Positions 1 to 10,102 of a DNA stretch of 64,000 nt are shown here, piece after piece. The DNA comes from a virus (taxonomy: Duplodnaviria; Caudoviricetes): the IMG/VR virus record IMGVR_UViG_3300020183_000042, positions 20,736 through 84,735 of that record; one strand, written 5' to 3'. Both the position numbers and the translations under genes were made by a program. The number at the start of each line of letters is the position of its first letter. Within the stretch, counting starts at the first letter, position 1. The notes beneath the pieces are model-generated. The model worked only from the letters and a program-made list of their open reading frames with translations. It was not told where the DNA came from and did no database searches.

Positions 1-632
1 TTGGGTCCGGGATTATCACAATTATGTCTGGCTCTAAAACTTTTGCGTCTGGATGGTATATTCTTTTTGATCTTCATATTAGGATCACCAAAATTCACTT
101 TCACAACATTACCTTTTTCATTTTTCACATAAACACTCATTTTTTTAGGACCACCAGGGGTTCTAAAGGGTTTATTTAAGGTAACTTTTCTACCTTGATA
201 TTCTGAAGCCTTACCTTGATAAACTAGGTATCTTTCATCTTTTTTATAGTTGCCCATTCTATCATAATAAAATAATTCAAATGTTTTAGGATCCATATAC
301 TTATACTTGGCATCGCTGTCTAAATCAGACAGATCTATTATTTCCACTTCTTCTTCCATATCTATATATTCATTGCTTTCTGGAATAATAATATCCGATA
401 AAGCAATTTCTTCTACAAAACCACAATCATCGCAATCGTTATATCCTATAGAAAATCCAAGAATTTCTAACACATTATTTAATAAGGAATTTTTTGATTT
501 ATTAGTTTGTCCTATACATATTGCGGCTCTTTGTTTAGAATCTGGATATTCTTTTTGCATGGTATTATTGCCCATACAACGAGATATAAATTTTTGTTTA
601 TCTTCATTTTGATTTGGACTAGGAATTGGCAT
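1..632 (-). CDS. Conserved phage protein, 3' end cut by window edge (MPIPSPNQNEDKQKFISRCM...GRKVTLNKPFRTPGGPKK...VNFGDPNMKIKK...RKSFRARHNCDNPGP)
   Basis: Translated by hand (not in ORF track because it has no stop in the window); ATG at 632; motifs common in large freshwater phages (DUF6321-like). Confidence 0.75.
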   Translation of the reverse strand, partial: MPIPSPNQNEDKQKFISRCMGNNTMQKEYPDSKQRAAICIGQTNKSKNSLLNNVLEILGFSIGYNDCDDCGFVEEIALSDIIIPESNEYIDMEEEVEIIDLSDLDSDAKYKYMDPKTFELFYYDRMGNYKKDERYLVYQGKASEYQGRKVTLNKPFRTPGGPKKMSVYVKNEKGNVVKVNFGDPNMKIKKNIPSRRKSFRARHNCDNPGP

Positions 633-1704
633 GATAACTACCATTCTGTAATAGGGTTTCGTTAATAATATTAGCAGTATTAGTCCAGCTATATTTCTGT
701 GCTGTAGCCAATCCTCCTCGATTTGATCTGATGTTATTCTGATACACATATTTCATATAATGCACAGTTTGTTCTAGTTGATCGTCTCCCAATTTGGCCC
801 AATTACCTTGACCAAAAAACCATTTTCCATCATTAGCTGGTTCTGTTTCATCAACAGAAATTAAAAAAGCATTATTATCATTACAATATTCTGTATGAGC
901 AGAATAGAAGGTCGTGATGATTGGTTTATCTAAAGCCATACTTTCCAGAATTTCATTGTTCCAGCCCTCTGCTCTAGATAGGAAAACACCACAATCGCAC
1001 CTATATATAAATTCAGCCAAATGATATTGTGTGGGTAGTTTACTATATACTTTAATTTTATCTTTTAGTTTAGATTGTTCTACCAAATTTAGCCACTGAT
1101 TAGTTTCTTCATCGTTTAAAAATGGGTTGTGAGGCAATAACCATAATTCTACATCGTCCTGTTCATTAAATGATAAATCAAAAGCCTTTATTAGAAGATC
1201 GTGACCTTTTCTTAGTTCCCATTTGCCAATATGAAAAAATATATACTTATTATTATTGAATCTAATTTTGGGTGGACTATTAAAGATTGTCAAATCAACC
1301 GCCAAAGGAGACACATAAATCGGAGTGTTTATACCGTTGTTCTCTAGTATTGTTTTACCCCATGTCGATGCTGTAAAAATAAAATCAGGATATTTTAAAT
1401 GATGTTTTTCTCTATCTGTAAAAGTATCTAGTTCAAAAAATGGAAACGCATAATAATGCCCCTTACCTATTCTGGAAGCAAGATCATGTTGGTGCCATAT
1501 TTTTAAACACGGGGCATCATAATCGAATTCGCTACTATTTTTCAGATAATTTTGTACAATAGACTTATCTGTTTCTGAATTAACTTCGACATTTGTTCCT
1601 ATAGGGAATAATGCTATATTATTATTGAGATTCTTCATAATGTTTAGTGAAGTAATCCCATACCCAGTACTATTAATTGTACAATTTAAATTAAGATTTT
1701 TCAT
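619..1704 (-). CDS. Glycosyltransferase family 4 (GT-B)
   Basis: HIGKWELRKG and SRAEGWN..LESMA motifs; likely start MKNLN at 1704, overlapping the guaC stop. Confidence 0.85.
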   Translation of the reverse strand: MKNLNLNCTINSTGYGITSLNIMKNLNNNIALFPIGTNVEVNSETDKSIVQNYLKNSSEFDYDAPCLKIWHQHDLASRIGKGHYYAFPFFELDTFTDREKHHLKYPDFIFTASTWGKTILENNGINTPIYVSPLAVDLTIFNSPPKIRFNNNKYIFFHIGKWELRKGHDLLIKAFDLSFNEQDDVELWLLPHNPFLNDEETNQWLNLVEQSKLKDKIKVYSKLPTQYHLAEFIYRCDCGVFLSRAEGWNNEILESMALDKPIITTFYSAHTEYCNDNNAFLISVDETEPANDGKWFFGQGNWAKLGDDQLEQTVHYMKYVYQNNIRSNRGGLATAQKYSWTNTANIINETLLQNGSYHANS

Positions 1705-2794
1705 ATATTTTATTGTGAGTGTTGTTAACTTGAATGAATGTTGTTTTTTTACCAAAGTCTTTAATTTTATTTGCTCCTATATATGTACAAGCACTACGAA
1801 TGCCACCATAAATATCTTGTATAATTTCTGATACTAATCCTTTGTATGGTACAATAACAGATTTACCTTCTGCTGTTCTATAATTTGCAACTCCATCATG
1901 GTGTTTATCCATAGCGTCTTTACTACTCATTCCATAGTATTTTAAGGACACTTTTCGCTTTATATTATTATCTTGAGGATCTATTGGTTGCCAAGTTCCT
2001 AGACTAGCTTTATATTCATAAAACCATTCTCCTTCACATTCGTCGCATCCGGCAAACATACTTCCTAACATTACAAAATCACTATTCGCCCCAAACGCTT
2101 TACAAACATCTCCAACGGTTTTGCATCCTCCATCGCTGCAAATGTGTCCACCAAGACCATGAGCAGCGTCCGTACATTCCATCACAGCGCTCAGTTGAGG
2201 ATATCCCACGCCCGTTTTTAAACGAGTGGTGCATACGCTACCTGACCCTATACCAACCTTGACTATATCGGCCTTGCCGTGAATAATAAGTTCTTCCACC
2301 ATTTCAGGCGTTACCACATTTCCTGCCATTATAATAATTTCTGGAAATAGTTTGCGAATATGTGCGGCTGTTTTCACAAATTGTTCGGTATATCCATTTG
2401 CAATATCCAAACACACATTGGGAATATAGCCTCTGCTAAGTTCTACGGTTTTAAAAACACGCTCTAGTTTTTCTATATCTTTTTTGGATGTGCCTGTTGA
2501 ATACCAAATATAATCAGTTCGTTTAACAAATAAATTAACTAATACGTCTTCATCATAGTGTTTGTGTAAGCACGTTATCGCTTTATGAAGCGATAATGAT
2601 TGCGCCATATTAATGGTTCCAACAGTATCCATGTTGGCCGCAACGATTGGAACACAACTTAGTTCTCGGGGACTATGAACAAATCTGAATGAACGATGTA
2701 GATCGACTTCTGATCGACTCTTTAATACTGAGCGTTTTGGTCGAATCAAAACATCATCGAAATCTAATTTGATTTCATTAATTATTTTTTGCAT
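1691..2794 (-). CDS. guaC: GMP reductase
   Basis: LDFDDVLIRPKRS, AANMDTVGT, DIANGY, KVGIGSGSVCTTR, GVGYPQLSA motifs. Confidence 0.93.
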   Translation of the reverse strand: MQKIINEIKLDFDDVLIRPKRSVLKSRSEVDLHRSFRFVHSPRELSCVPIVAANMDTVGTINMAQSLSLHKAITCLHKHYDEDVLVNLFVKRTDYIWYSTGTSKKDIEKLERVFKTVELSRGYIPNVCLDIANGYTEQFVKTAAHIRKLFPEIIIMAGNVVTPEMVEELIIHGKADIVKVGIGSGSVCTTRLKTGVGYPQLSAVMECTDAAHGLGGHICSDGGCKTVGDVCKAFGANSDFVMLGSMFAGCDECEGEWFYEYKASLGTWQPIDPQDNNIKRKVSLKYYGMSSKDAMDKHHDGVANYRTAEGKSVIVPYKGLVSEIIQDIYGGIRSACTYIGANKIKDFGKKTTFIQVNNTHNKIYEKS

Positions 2795-3317
2795 TGAAGA
2801 AATACCATCTATTGTGAGAATTTATTTCTGACCATGAATTAATATGTATTACATACTCTTTGACTTGATCCCACGAAGAAAATATCATTTCATGAGGAAT
2901 AGTTCCAAATAGCCAATCTGGGGCGTGTAGCTTACCCTGCACCATATGTATGATAATAGGCTTTTTCTGTCTGTTGGCCCAAAAAATTTCTTCGTATGTG
3001 CCACACGGATGAATATCTAGATCTAAATTAACTATTAAAAAATCACTAATATCTACGAGTCTTAAGTCTACGGATCGTATAACTTTCATTAACTGGGACA
3101 GTTCATCATAGTTTTTTTCTAGTTTGAGTTTGATCTTGTGTTTATGGGTTTGTTCATCTTCTTGACCAACAATAGTAGGTTTTTTAATAGGATTGAAAAC
3201 AATGACTCCTAAATCTTGTAAGAACGGAGTAATATCATCTCTCCATCCACTCCCCCTATCATGAACACGATCCATAGCGCCAGCTAAATAGACTCTTTGA
3301 TTTTTTAAACGATTCAT
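2778..3317 (-). CDS. Nucleoside 2-deoxyribosyltransferase-like protein
   Basis: VYLAGAM...FNP...DL..VD.SD...GTYEE motifs. Confidence 0.75.
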   Translation of the reverse strand: MNRLKNQRVYLAGAMDRVHDRGSGWRDDITPFLQDLGVIVFNPIKKPTIVGQEDEQTHKHKIKLKLEKNYDELSQLMKVIRSVDLRLVDISDFLIVNLDLDIHPCGTYEEIFWANRQKKPIIIHMVQGKLHAPDWLFGTIPHEMIFSSWDQVKEYVIHINSWSEINSHNRWYFFNAKNN

Positions 3318-3320
3318 ATT

Positions 3321-3389
3321 TTACTTTTTAATCTGTTCCAAACCATTAAAGATACCAACTATTATAGCTAAAGCAACTAGAATTGTCAT
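3321..3389 (-). CDS. 22-aa hydrophobic micropeptide MTILVALAIIVGIFNGLEQIKK
   Basis: Hand-translated; ATGA overlap with the upstream stop; fills the gap exactly. Confidence 0.5.
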   Translation of the reverse strand: MTILVALAIIVGIFNGLEQIKK

Positions 3390-3604
3390 GCGACACTCTC
3401 TATGTGTTCTGATGAAAGTAACATAGTTTGAGAGGGATTTAGAAAAAGATTAAAATTGTTATCTTTAGAAAATATATCGTGATGAAACATCACATGCTCA
3501 CAATCATCTCCACTATAATTACCTATTAAAAAAAAATTAGTTTTATAGATCGCCATGCCTCCAAATCCACTATTTATTCTAATCGGATCGGAACCGACCG
3601 GCAA
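3386..3604 (-). pseudogene. C-terminal remnant of a CAP59-like glycosyltransferase, paralogous to the end of 3615..4469
   Basis: NSGFGGMAIYK...DCEHV.FH...LFLNPSQTML repeats the C-terminus of the adjacent gene; no N-terminal part. Confidence 0.7.
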
Positions 3605-3614
3605 GATATGTGTT

Positions 3615-4469
3615 TCAAACCAACATTGTTTGAGATGGGTTTAAAAATAATTCAAACTCAGGATTATTATTGTATATACTATGATGAAATGTAACATGCT
3701 CGCAATCTTCGCCACTATAAGTGCCAGATAAATAATACTGAGTCTTATAGATAGTCATACCACCAAATGCGCTATTTGCTTTTATTATTGGTGATCCTAT
3801 TGGTAAAATCCAAAAACCAAACCATAACATTTGATTGTATTGATTTAAAGTTGATGGTTGAAATTCCCAGTCATGCCACCAAGTTCCTCTGTAAGCCCAA
3901 CTATCATAATTCCAAATCATAAGTTGATCTTCTTCTGGTGTTAAATATTTTAGCTCAAAACTATTACCAGCCATAGCACCTATATGTTGATTATCATTAA
4001 ACCACCCAAAAGAATTATATATACCATTAATTTCTATTTGTTTAAAATCTGTATCAAAAACAATTATAAAATCATAATCATTAAAATAGTTTGCTATATA
4101 GTTTTTTAATATATTTCTATATTCAGCTAGTGCTATTGTTCTGTTTTTATCTTTTACAGTTCCAAACTGTGGTCTATTGTATGTGTGCGATATGATCTCA
4201 ATATTAGAGTATTGATTTTTTAAATTTTCTAATTTTAATTTAGTATTATCTTCAGAATCATTTTCAAATAATATTATATTAAATCGACGACATTTATTAT
4301 TAAATATTTCTTGTATAGTATTTATATTATTTTCTATGATATTTTCCACAGATCTACAAAGACCAACTAAAGCAATCTTTTTATCTTTTAAAAAATTTAA
4401 TCCACTATTTATTTTTTTTAGATAATCTTCTTTGTAAGAATCATGCAAAATAAGATTACGTGTGTTCAT
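3615..4469 (-). CDS. GT-A glycosyltransferase, CAP59/mannosyltransferase-like
   Basis: ENDSEDNT, LAEYRN, DTD, SAFGGM.IY, CEHV motifs. Confidence 0.75.
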   Translation of the reverse strand: MNTRNLILHDSYKEDYLKKINSGLNFLKDKKIALVGLCRSVENIIENNINTIQEIFNNKCRRFNIILFENDSEDNTKLKLENLKNQYSNIEIISHTYNRPQFGTVKDKNRTIALAEYRNILKNYIANYFNDYDFIIVFDTDFKQIEINGIYNSFGWFNDNQHIGAMAGNSFELKYLTPEEDQLMIWNYDSWAYRGTWWHDWEFQPSTLNQYNQMLWFGFWILPIGSPIIKANSAFGGMTIYKTQYYLSGTYSGEDCEHVTFHHSIYNNNPEFELFLNPSQTMLV

Positions 4470-5098
4470 TATTTAATAACCTTGTTTAAAGTATTTTGAA
4501 TATTTACTAATCTTTCGGTATCATATGGAAATACTCCACAAGGATGATAAACAAAATCGCCTTCTTGCCAGTGTGATCCTGGATCTCCAGGCCCATTTCC
4601 TGGTTTATTCCAAACGCAAGAGTTAAAAGATCTTAGAGGAGCTACTGTCATAATATCACCAAGATTATTTTTATTTGCCGCTAACCAAGTTTGCCACCCA
4701 CAAACCAATGGTTCCCAAGATGCTTTGTTTTGAGTAATAGCTGTTAAAATAGCTTTGCTTTCATTAGTATTTTTCCAAACTATAGATCCACAATTAATCA
4801 AATTCCATGGTACTATGCCTTCTTCACAAACAGTCATATGCGGACCCAAGCATTCTAATTCCTCAATTTTTATATTCATATTAGTAATTAATGTATCAGC
4901 ATCCATAGTCCATAATACATCATACATATTTAATAAATTTATTAACGATGCCATACCAGCAACTATACTTTTATATGGTTGATTATTGACTATTAAAGAA
5001 TAATTATGCTTAGTACAATATTCTAGTTTATTAGGATTTGTTAATCTAGCCATAGGCTCTATTTCTTTAGACACATTAGTAAAAATCGCAACTCTCAT
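4469..5098 (-). CDS. Glycosyltransferase, GT34 (GMA12/MNN10)-like
   Basis: NK..YC.KHNY, WTMDAD, INCG, W..GDFVYH motifs. Confidence 0.75.
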   Translation of the reverse strand: MRVAIFTNVSKEIEPMARLTNPNKLEYCTKHNYSLIVNNQPYKSIVAGMASLINLLNMYDVLWTMDADTLITNMNIKIEELECLGPHMTVCEEGIVPWNLINCGSIVWKNTNESKAILTAITQNKASWEPLVCGWQTWLAANKNNLGDIMTVAPLRSFNSCVWNKPGNGPGDPGSHWQEGDFVYHPCGVFPYDTERLVNIQNTLNKVIK

Positions 5099-5151
5099 TA
5101 TAATTCTTTTATATATGGGCCTGACAGTTAAATTGTAGTATCTGTAGAAGT

Positions 5152-6261
5152 TTAAACATTATATATATTTTTTACAGTATTATTAGGCAGTAAGTCTTGG
5201 TTTATTAGGTTGTTTATATCCAATAAAAAACTATACAATGTTTTTTTATGTTCTTCTACTAAATTATTAAAATTTTCTTTAGCATTTTTAATCGTATCTC
5301 TGGCATGTTCTATTTCTTGTTTATCATTTCCATATGCAATACCACTATCAAATTCAACATTATTATATTTTAATATTCTCGATGATAAGAATTGTTTTTT
5401 ATCTATACCATCCACAGGATGTAACACTGTTATACATCCACAAAGCGGAGCCATAACTGAGTAAAATGTATTAGGATCATAGCAATAAAACTTATCACAA
5501 TTGTTAAATATTCCAATGATTGGTATTGATTTTTTTTTATTATAATGCGTATCTAAACATATGTCTTTTCGACTATGATAAGTCTGGATTTTTTTATGAA
5601 AAACACCAGGAGCGCAGTGATTAATTTTTTTATAAGCATAACAATTACGGTGTCTGTCACTAGTATTATAATTCTTAATATAAGGATCAATCCATAAATT
5701 GATCAATTGTTTTGAGTTAATATTTTTGTTTGGCTCCCAGTGATAAACCAAATCGTTTTTGTTCCATGTAAAAATTTGTTCTTTTCTAGTATCTATTCCT
5801 AACTCTAATAAAATCCATCTAATACAATATCTAGAATTAAGTGGATTACCACCCATAACTTCAGGATATATAACTATAGTTTTATCATCTATTAAATTTG
5901 GATTAAAAAACTTGTCACAAAATATATTATCATATTTTTTATAGTTATAGCTATACAAAAGAATTTCAAAATTATCTGGGGCTATTTTTTTAAGTGTTTG
6001 TGCTAAATAATGTAATACTATTACTCCGCCACAGGATATATCTAATTCTGGAGTATAAATAACTATCTTAATTTTTTCTTTATATGAACTATCTATACTA
6101 TTAGTGACTTTATCATCAGGATTCATGTTATTATGATTATAAATTAATTGGTCATAATATTGATTTCTTAAAAAATACACATCTTCGATATGATTAAAAA
6201 CAGGCGGTGGTTTTTGGAATTTAAGAGTCAAAATTTCTGGATTATAGTAAATTCTAGACAT
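5152..6261 (-). CDS. Putative glycosyltransferase-like protein (WavQ-like)
   Basis: GGVIVLHYL, IVIYPE..GNPL...RWIL, YDP.TF motifs; located in sugar cluster. Confidence 0.55.
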   Translation of the reverse strand: MSRIYYNPEILTLKFQKPPPVFNHIEDVYFLRNQYYDQLIYNHNNMNPDDKVTNSIDSSYKEKIKIVIYTPELDISCGGVIVLHYLAQTLKKIAPDNFEILLYSYNYKKYDNIFCDKFFNPNLIDDKTIVIYPEVMGGNPLNSRYCIRWILLELGIDTRKEQIFTWNKNDLVYHWEPNKNINSKQLINLWIDPYIKNYNTSDRHRNCYAYKKINHCAPGVFHKKIQTYHSRKDICLDTHYNKKKSIPIIGIFNNCDKFYCYDPNTFYSVMAPLCGCITVLHPVDGIDKKQFLSSRILKYNNVEFDSGIAYGNDKQEIEHARDTIKNAKENFNNLVEEHKKTLYSFLLDINNLINQDLLPNNTVKNIYNV

Positions 6262-7399
6262 GGTATATAAAGTTTTTTATTTGATCACATACATAATCTA
6301 CGTCTGCAATTGACATTCCATGATGAGCGCCGAGTAAAAATCCATTCCTCATTATAGTATCAGCATTATCAAAAGGCTGTAAATAATTTCTATATACAGG
6401 ATGTCTTGTAACATTACCAGCAAAAGTAACTCGTGTTTGAATATTTTTATTTTCTAAATAATGAAGTAATGTATATCGATTTTTATATTGCAAAGGTATG
6501 GCTAACCAATTCGGCTTAATTGAATCATCTGGTAATAAAATTTCTGGTATATCTTTTAAATTAGCAAGATATTTTTCAAAAATTTCTCTGCGATGTTTTT
6601 CAAACTGGTCAAATCTTTTCAGTTGAACTAATCCAAAAGCTGCATTAATTTCACTACTTTTAAAATTATATCCTAAAACTCCATATAGGAATTTATAGTC
6701 ATAACGAATACCATCTATATCATGATTAAATCTATCGTCCATATTTTCGGAGTTATCGCCTATTCTTCCCCAGTCCCTAAATTGCAAAGCTTTTTGTTTT
6801 AATTTTATATCATTATACATTACCATTCCACCAGCACCACAAGCGGTTATTACATGACTAGCATAAAAACTGGTTGTGCTAATGTCGCTGTCTGGAGTAT
6901 TTGTCATTGTGTCCGCAGAATCCTCGATTAAAACAATATCATCTCGATCAATTACAGTAAGTTCTGCTTTAAGATTTTTCCAGTCTGGTTTGTTTCCAAT
7001 AAGATTTGGTAACATTATTACTTTTGTATCATCTGATACCAAAGATAATATATCTTCTATACGAGCAACATAAGAATTTAATCCCACATCGCAAAACACA
7101 GGTTCTAGTCCTAGTTGTATTATCGGAGCAAGTGTTGTAGAGAATGTGCAGGCTGGTGTTATTACTTTTGACTCTTTTGGTAATTCTAATGATGCTAATG
7201 CAAGCAAACAAGCAGAAGATCCAGAGTTAACAAATACGCCATATTTCTTGCCAAAGAAGCTGGAAATTTTTTCTTCAAATTCTATAGATTTTGGTCCAAA
7301 ACCTGCTAATATTCCATCCCTCAAGCATTCTGTAACAGCGTTTATTTCTTCTTCTCCATAAGATTCAAATTTATTTGGAGCATACCATATCTTTTTCAT
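6254..7399 (-). CDS. DegT/DnrJ family PMP-dependent enzyme, RfbH/DdhC/ColD-like 4-keto-6-deoxy sugar 3-dehydratase
   Basis: VNSGSSA, IEDSAD, SFYASHVIT (His where aminotransferases have Lys), RDWGR, GYNFK. Confidence 0.85.
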   Translation of the reverse strand: MKKIWYAPNKFESYGEEEINAVTECLRDGILAGFGPKSIEFEEKISSFFGKKYGVFVNSGSSACLLALASLELPKESKVITPACTFSTTLAPIIQLGLEPVFCDVGLNSYVARIEDILSLVSDDTKVIMLPNLIGNKPDWKNLKAELTVIDRDDIVLIEDSADTMTNTPDSDISTTSFYASHVITACGAGGMVMYNDIKLKQKALQFRDWGRIGDNSENMDDRFNHDIDGIRYDYKFLYGVLGYNFKSSEINAAFGLVQLKRFDQFEKHRREIFEKYLANLKDIPEILLPDDSIKPNWLAIPLQYKNRYTLLHYLENKNIQTRVTFAGNVTRHPVYRNYLQPFDNADTIMRNGFLLGAHHGMSIADVDYVCDQIKNFIYHV

Positions 7400-7401
7400 A
7401 T

Positions 7402-8184
7402 TTATAAATCCATTAATATACGATAAGTCTGAAAAATTCTATTCTCTAATGTATCTAATTGTAGGCCCAGATCGGTGTGTTGACCAGTGTAATTATTGTC
7501 CAAACCATCATCACTTGTTTGAATATTGACTTTATTAGACGATAATGTATTAATAATTTTCCCAATATCATTTAGGCTATATTTAGTATTATAAACACAA
7601 TTAATATGTTTTGGTAAGTTATTTGTGCTCAATAAATAATGCTCTAAAATTTTAATAAAATCTTTCATATGAATAAAATCCATAAATTTATTTTTATGGA
7701 TAATAATATTTTCTAATTTTTTATATCTTAAAATATTAGATTTTATAAATCTAGTATCTAATTCATTATGGTCAAATATACCAAAAATTCTTAAGTTATA
7801 AAAATTATCATGACAATCTATTGATCTAGCTATGATTTTTTTGCTTAAACTATATGGTGTTTCGTGAGAGTAAAATTCTGCACCAGAACCTATATTAATT
7901 AATTTATTAAAATATTTTTTATGATCTAATAAATTATAATACATTTTTAAATTTTTTTCGATCTGACTATTATTTTCTAGGTTTAGTCTACTGCCACCTT
8001 GAATAGCTGTATGTATTACAATATCAAAGTATTGATTTTTAAAAAAATTATGAACATCTAAGAAATTTTCTAGATTAAAGTTTTTTCTACTAATTTGAAA
8101 AATTTCAAAATCAAATTGTAGACTTTCATATATTGATTTTGCTATATATCCATTACTGCCGGTAAGTAAAATTTTCTTTTTCAT
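7402..8184 (-). CDS. NAD-dependent epimerase/dehydratase
   Basis: TGSNGYIA Rossmann motif, GSGAE, YSLSK. Confidence 0.85.
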   Translation of the reverse strand: MKKKILLTGSNGYIAKSIYESLQFDFEIFQISRKNFNLENFLDVHNFFKNQYFDIVIHTAIQGGSRLNLENNSQIEKNLKMYYNLLDHKKYFNKLINIGSGAEFYSHETPYSLSKKIIARSIDCHDNFYNLRIFGIFDHNELDTRFIKSNILRYKKLENIIIHKNKFMDFIHMKDFIKILEHYLLSTNNLPKHINCVYNTKYSLNDIGKIINTLSSNKVNIQTSDDGLDNNYTGQHTDLGLQLDTLENRIFQTYRILMDL

Positions 8185-9101
8185 ATTTTTAAGATAAACT
8201 TAGTTAAACCAGTGAGTGTTTCAAAATTTGTTTTATGTAAAACTATCGGATTAGTATAATAATATTCAAATATATCTTTAATAAATGGCAATTTTTGAGG
8301 TATACCACCACTAAGTATAATAGTATAATGATCAAATAGAATATATTCCTTATATTGAATAACTAGAGTTTTTAATATAGAACTCAATAAATTATTTAAT
8401 GTAAAACTATTTTCATTAATATTAAAAATACCACCACCACCAGAATACTTATGTGATTGTTCGAAAACATTTAAATCTATATTAAGTGAAGATTTAACTA
8501 TATCTTCAATTTTAATTGATTTCATTAAATCAAATATATCTATATTTATTTCATTAAAAAATTTTGCAAATACTAGTAGTGCTCTACCAGCTGGAATATA
8601 TTTATTTATTGTATTTTTTGTAATAACTTGTGATCCAGTTCCTATATTGATAACATATTCTTGATCTTGAATATTCATACATTCTATTACACAATTAGTA
8701 TCGCCCAGAGAGCTATAAAATATATGATCATTTAAACATCCCAAAGGAATAATATTATTGATATCACCACCATGATGTTGATGAATATGATATGTTTTTT
8801 GGTCTATAAAAAGCTGGCTAATTAAACAATCTGGTTTTGATTGTTTTTTTAAAACTTTCCATGAATAATATATATCATTAATCCATTCGCCCCCAAGAAT
8901 ACTACAGGATATAATATATTTACACTCCGGATAAATGTTTAGAATATTTAAAATTATATCTAATAACTCTTGTTTAGATATAGTTTCAGATTTAGTAAAA
9001 GGAGAAGTTATACTTATCGTGGAGCTAATTTGATTAGTATTTTTATCAAATTTACAACACTTTATAAAACTTGCACCAAAATCAATTAGTAAGTATTGCA
9101 T
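8181..9101 (-). CDS. FGGY-type sugar kinase (sedoheptulokinase-like)
   Basis: IDFGASFIK, LGDTNC, INIGTGSQV, LSGG ASKHA-fold motifs. Confidence 0.65.
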   Translation of the reverse strand: MQYLLIDFGASFIKCCKFDKNTNQISSTISITSPFTKSETISKQELLDIILNILNIYPECKYIISCSILGGEWINDIYYSWKVLKKQSKPDCLISQLFIDQKTYHIHQHHGGDINNIIPLGCLNDHIFYSSLGDTNCVIECMNIQDQEYVINIGTGSQVITKNTINKYIPAGRALLVFAKFFNEINIDIFDLMKSIKIEDIVKSSLNIDLNVFEQSHKYSGGGGIFNINENSFTLNNLLSSILKTLVIQYKEYILFDHYTIILSGGIPQKLPFIKDIFEYYYTNPIVLHKTNFETLTGLTKFILKI

Positions 9102-10101
9102 CGAGTTTATTTATTAATGTATCATTAATTTCTGTTGGTACAAATCTAGTAACGCCGGGTTCATCAACCACAATTAGTGTAATTTTATCTAGTTGTGATT
9201 TTTTATCATGTTTTAATAAATGTATAATTTGTTTACTATCTATATTTTTAATTCTCTGAAGAGCTGTATACTTATGTACAGTGTCTGTAATTAATTTTGA
9301 TTTACTAAATAATTGATTTATAATTTCTATACCTAATAACACAGCTTCTCCATGAGGTATTGAATAGTTGGATGCTGCTTCAATAGCGTGTCCAAAAGAG
9401 TGTCCATAATTCAAGCATTTTCTAATATTTTTTTCAAATTCATCATATTCTACTATGATCTTTTTAATTGCTAAACCATCACGAATTTGATTCTGTAAAG
9501 CAGAGTCTAGCGAATCTAAAAAGTGTTTACCTCCAATAAGAAAAAATTTAACTATTTCTCCCATTCCACTAAGTATTTCTTGTTTTGGCAAAGATTGAAG
9601 AAATTGCGTATCTATAATTACAGATCTTGGTGCAGAAAATAGGGCTAGTTGATTTTTCGTTGATCCAAAATTAAGGGCGGTTTTACCACCAATACAACTA
9701 TCACACTGAGATAAAAGTGTAGTTGGAACATATGTCCACTTTATACCTCTTTTATATATACTACCCACAAAAGCACCTATATCTTGCGTAATACCTCCGC
9801 CAATAACATAAAGATGATTGCCCTTATTAAAGTTTTTATCTGCTAACCATCCACAAGCCATTAATGCTGTTTCAATAGTTTTATTTTTTTCTGTAGCTTC
9901 TATTATCATCATATTTGAGTGTTTGATATCATATAAATCGTATATATTTTGATCTATGATAAGAAAATCATTAGATGTAAATTCACCACTAAATTTTTCA
10001 AAAACCACATGGTAATCATTAGGTATAGATTTGATAATAAAATTATCAGAACTTATATCTTCAAACGAGAAATGTATATTATCTACAATAAAATTTTGCA
10101 T
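9082..10101 (-). CDS. AroB/dehydroquinate synthase-like sugar-phosphate cyclase
   Basis: GGGITQD, RGI..PTTLLSQCDSCIGGKT, KNQ, LNYGHSFGHAIE, HGEAV. Confidence 0.88.
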   Translation of the reverse strand: MQNFIVDNIHFSFEDISSDNFIIKSIPNDYHVVFEKFSGEFTSNDFLIIDQNIYDLYDIKHSNMMIIEATEKNKTIETALMACGWLADKNFNKGNHLYVIGGGITQDIGAFVGSIYKRGIKWTYVPTTLLSQCDSCIGGKTALNFGSTKNQLALFSAPRSVIIDTQFLQSLPKQEILSGMGEIVKFFLIGGKHFLDSLDSALQNQIRDGLAIKKIIVEYDEFEKNIRKCLNYGHSFGHAIEAASNYSIPHGEAVLLGIEIINQLFSKSKLITDTVHKYTALQRIKNIDSKQIIHLLKHDKKSQLDKITLIVVDEPGVTRFVPTEINDTLINKLDAILTN

Positions 10102-10102
10102 A

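Noticed and set aside
3386-3810. DGR template/variable repeat pair
   Set aside because: Differences are not adenine-specific and are largely synonymous; no reverse transcriptase in the window
9082-10101. EEVS/DDGS (gadusol or mycosporine sunscreen) cyclase
   Set aside because: Has DHQS-type K..V..DE.E...R..LN.GH rather than MLEEL.PNL/MLELE motifs; no partner O-methyltransferase or ATP-grasp gene
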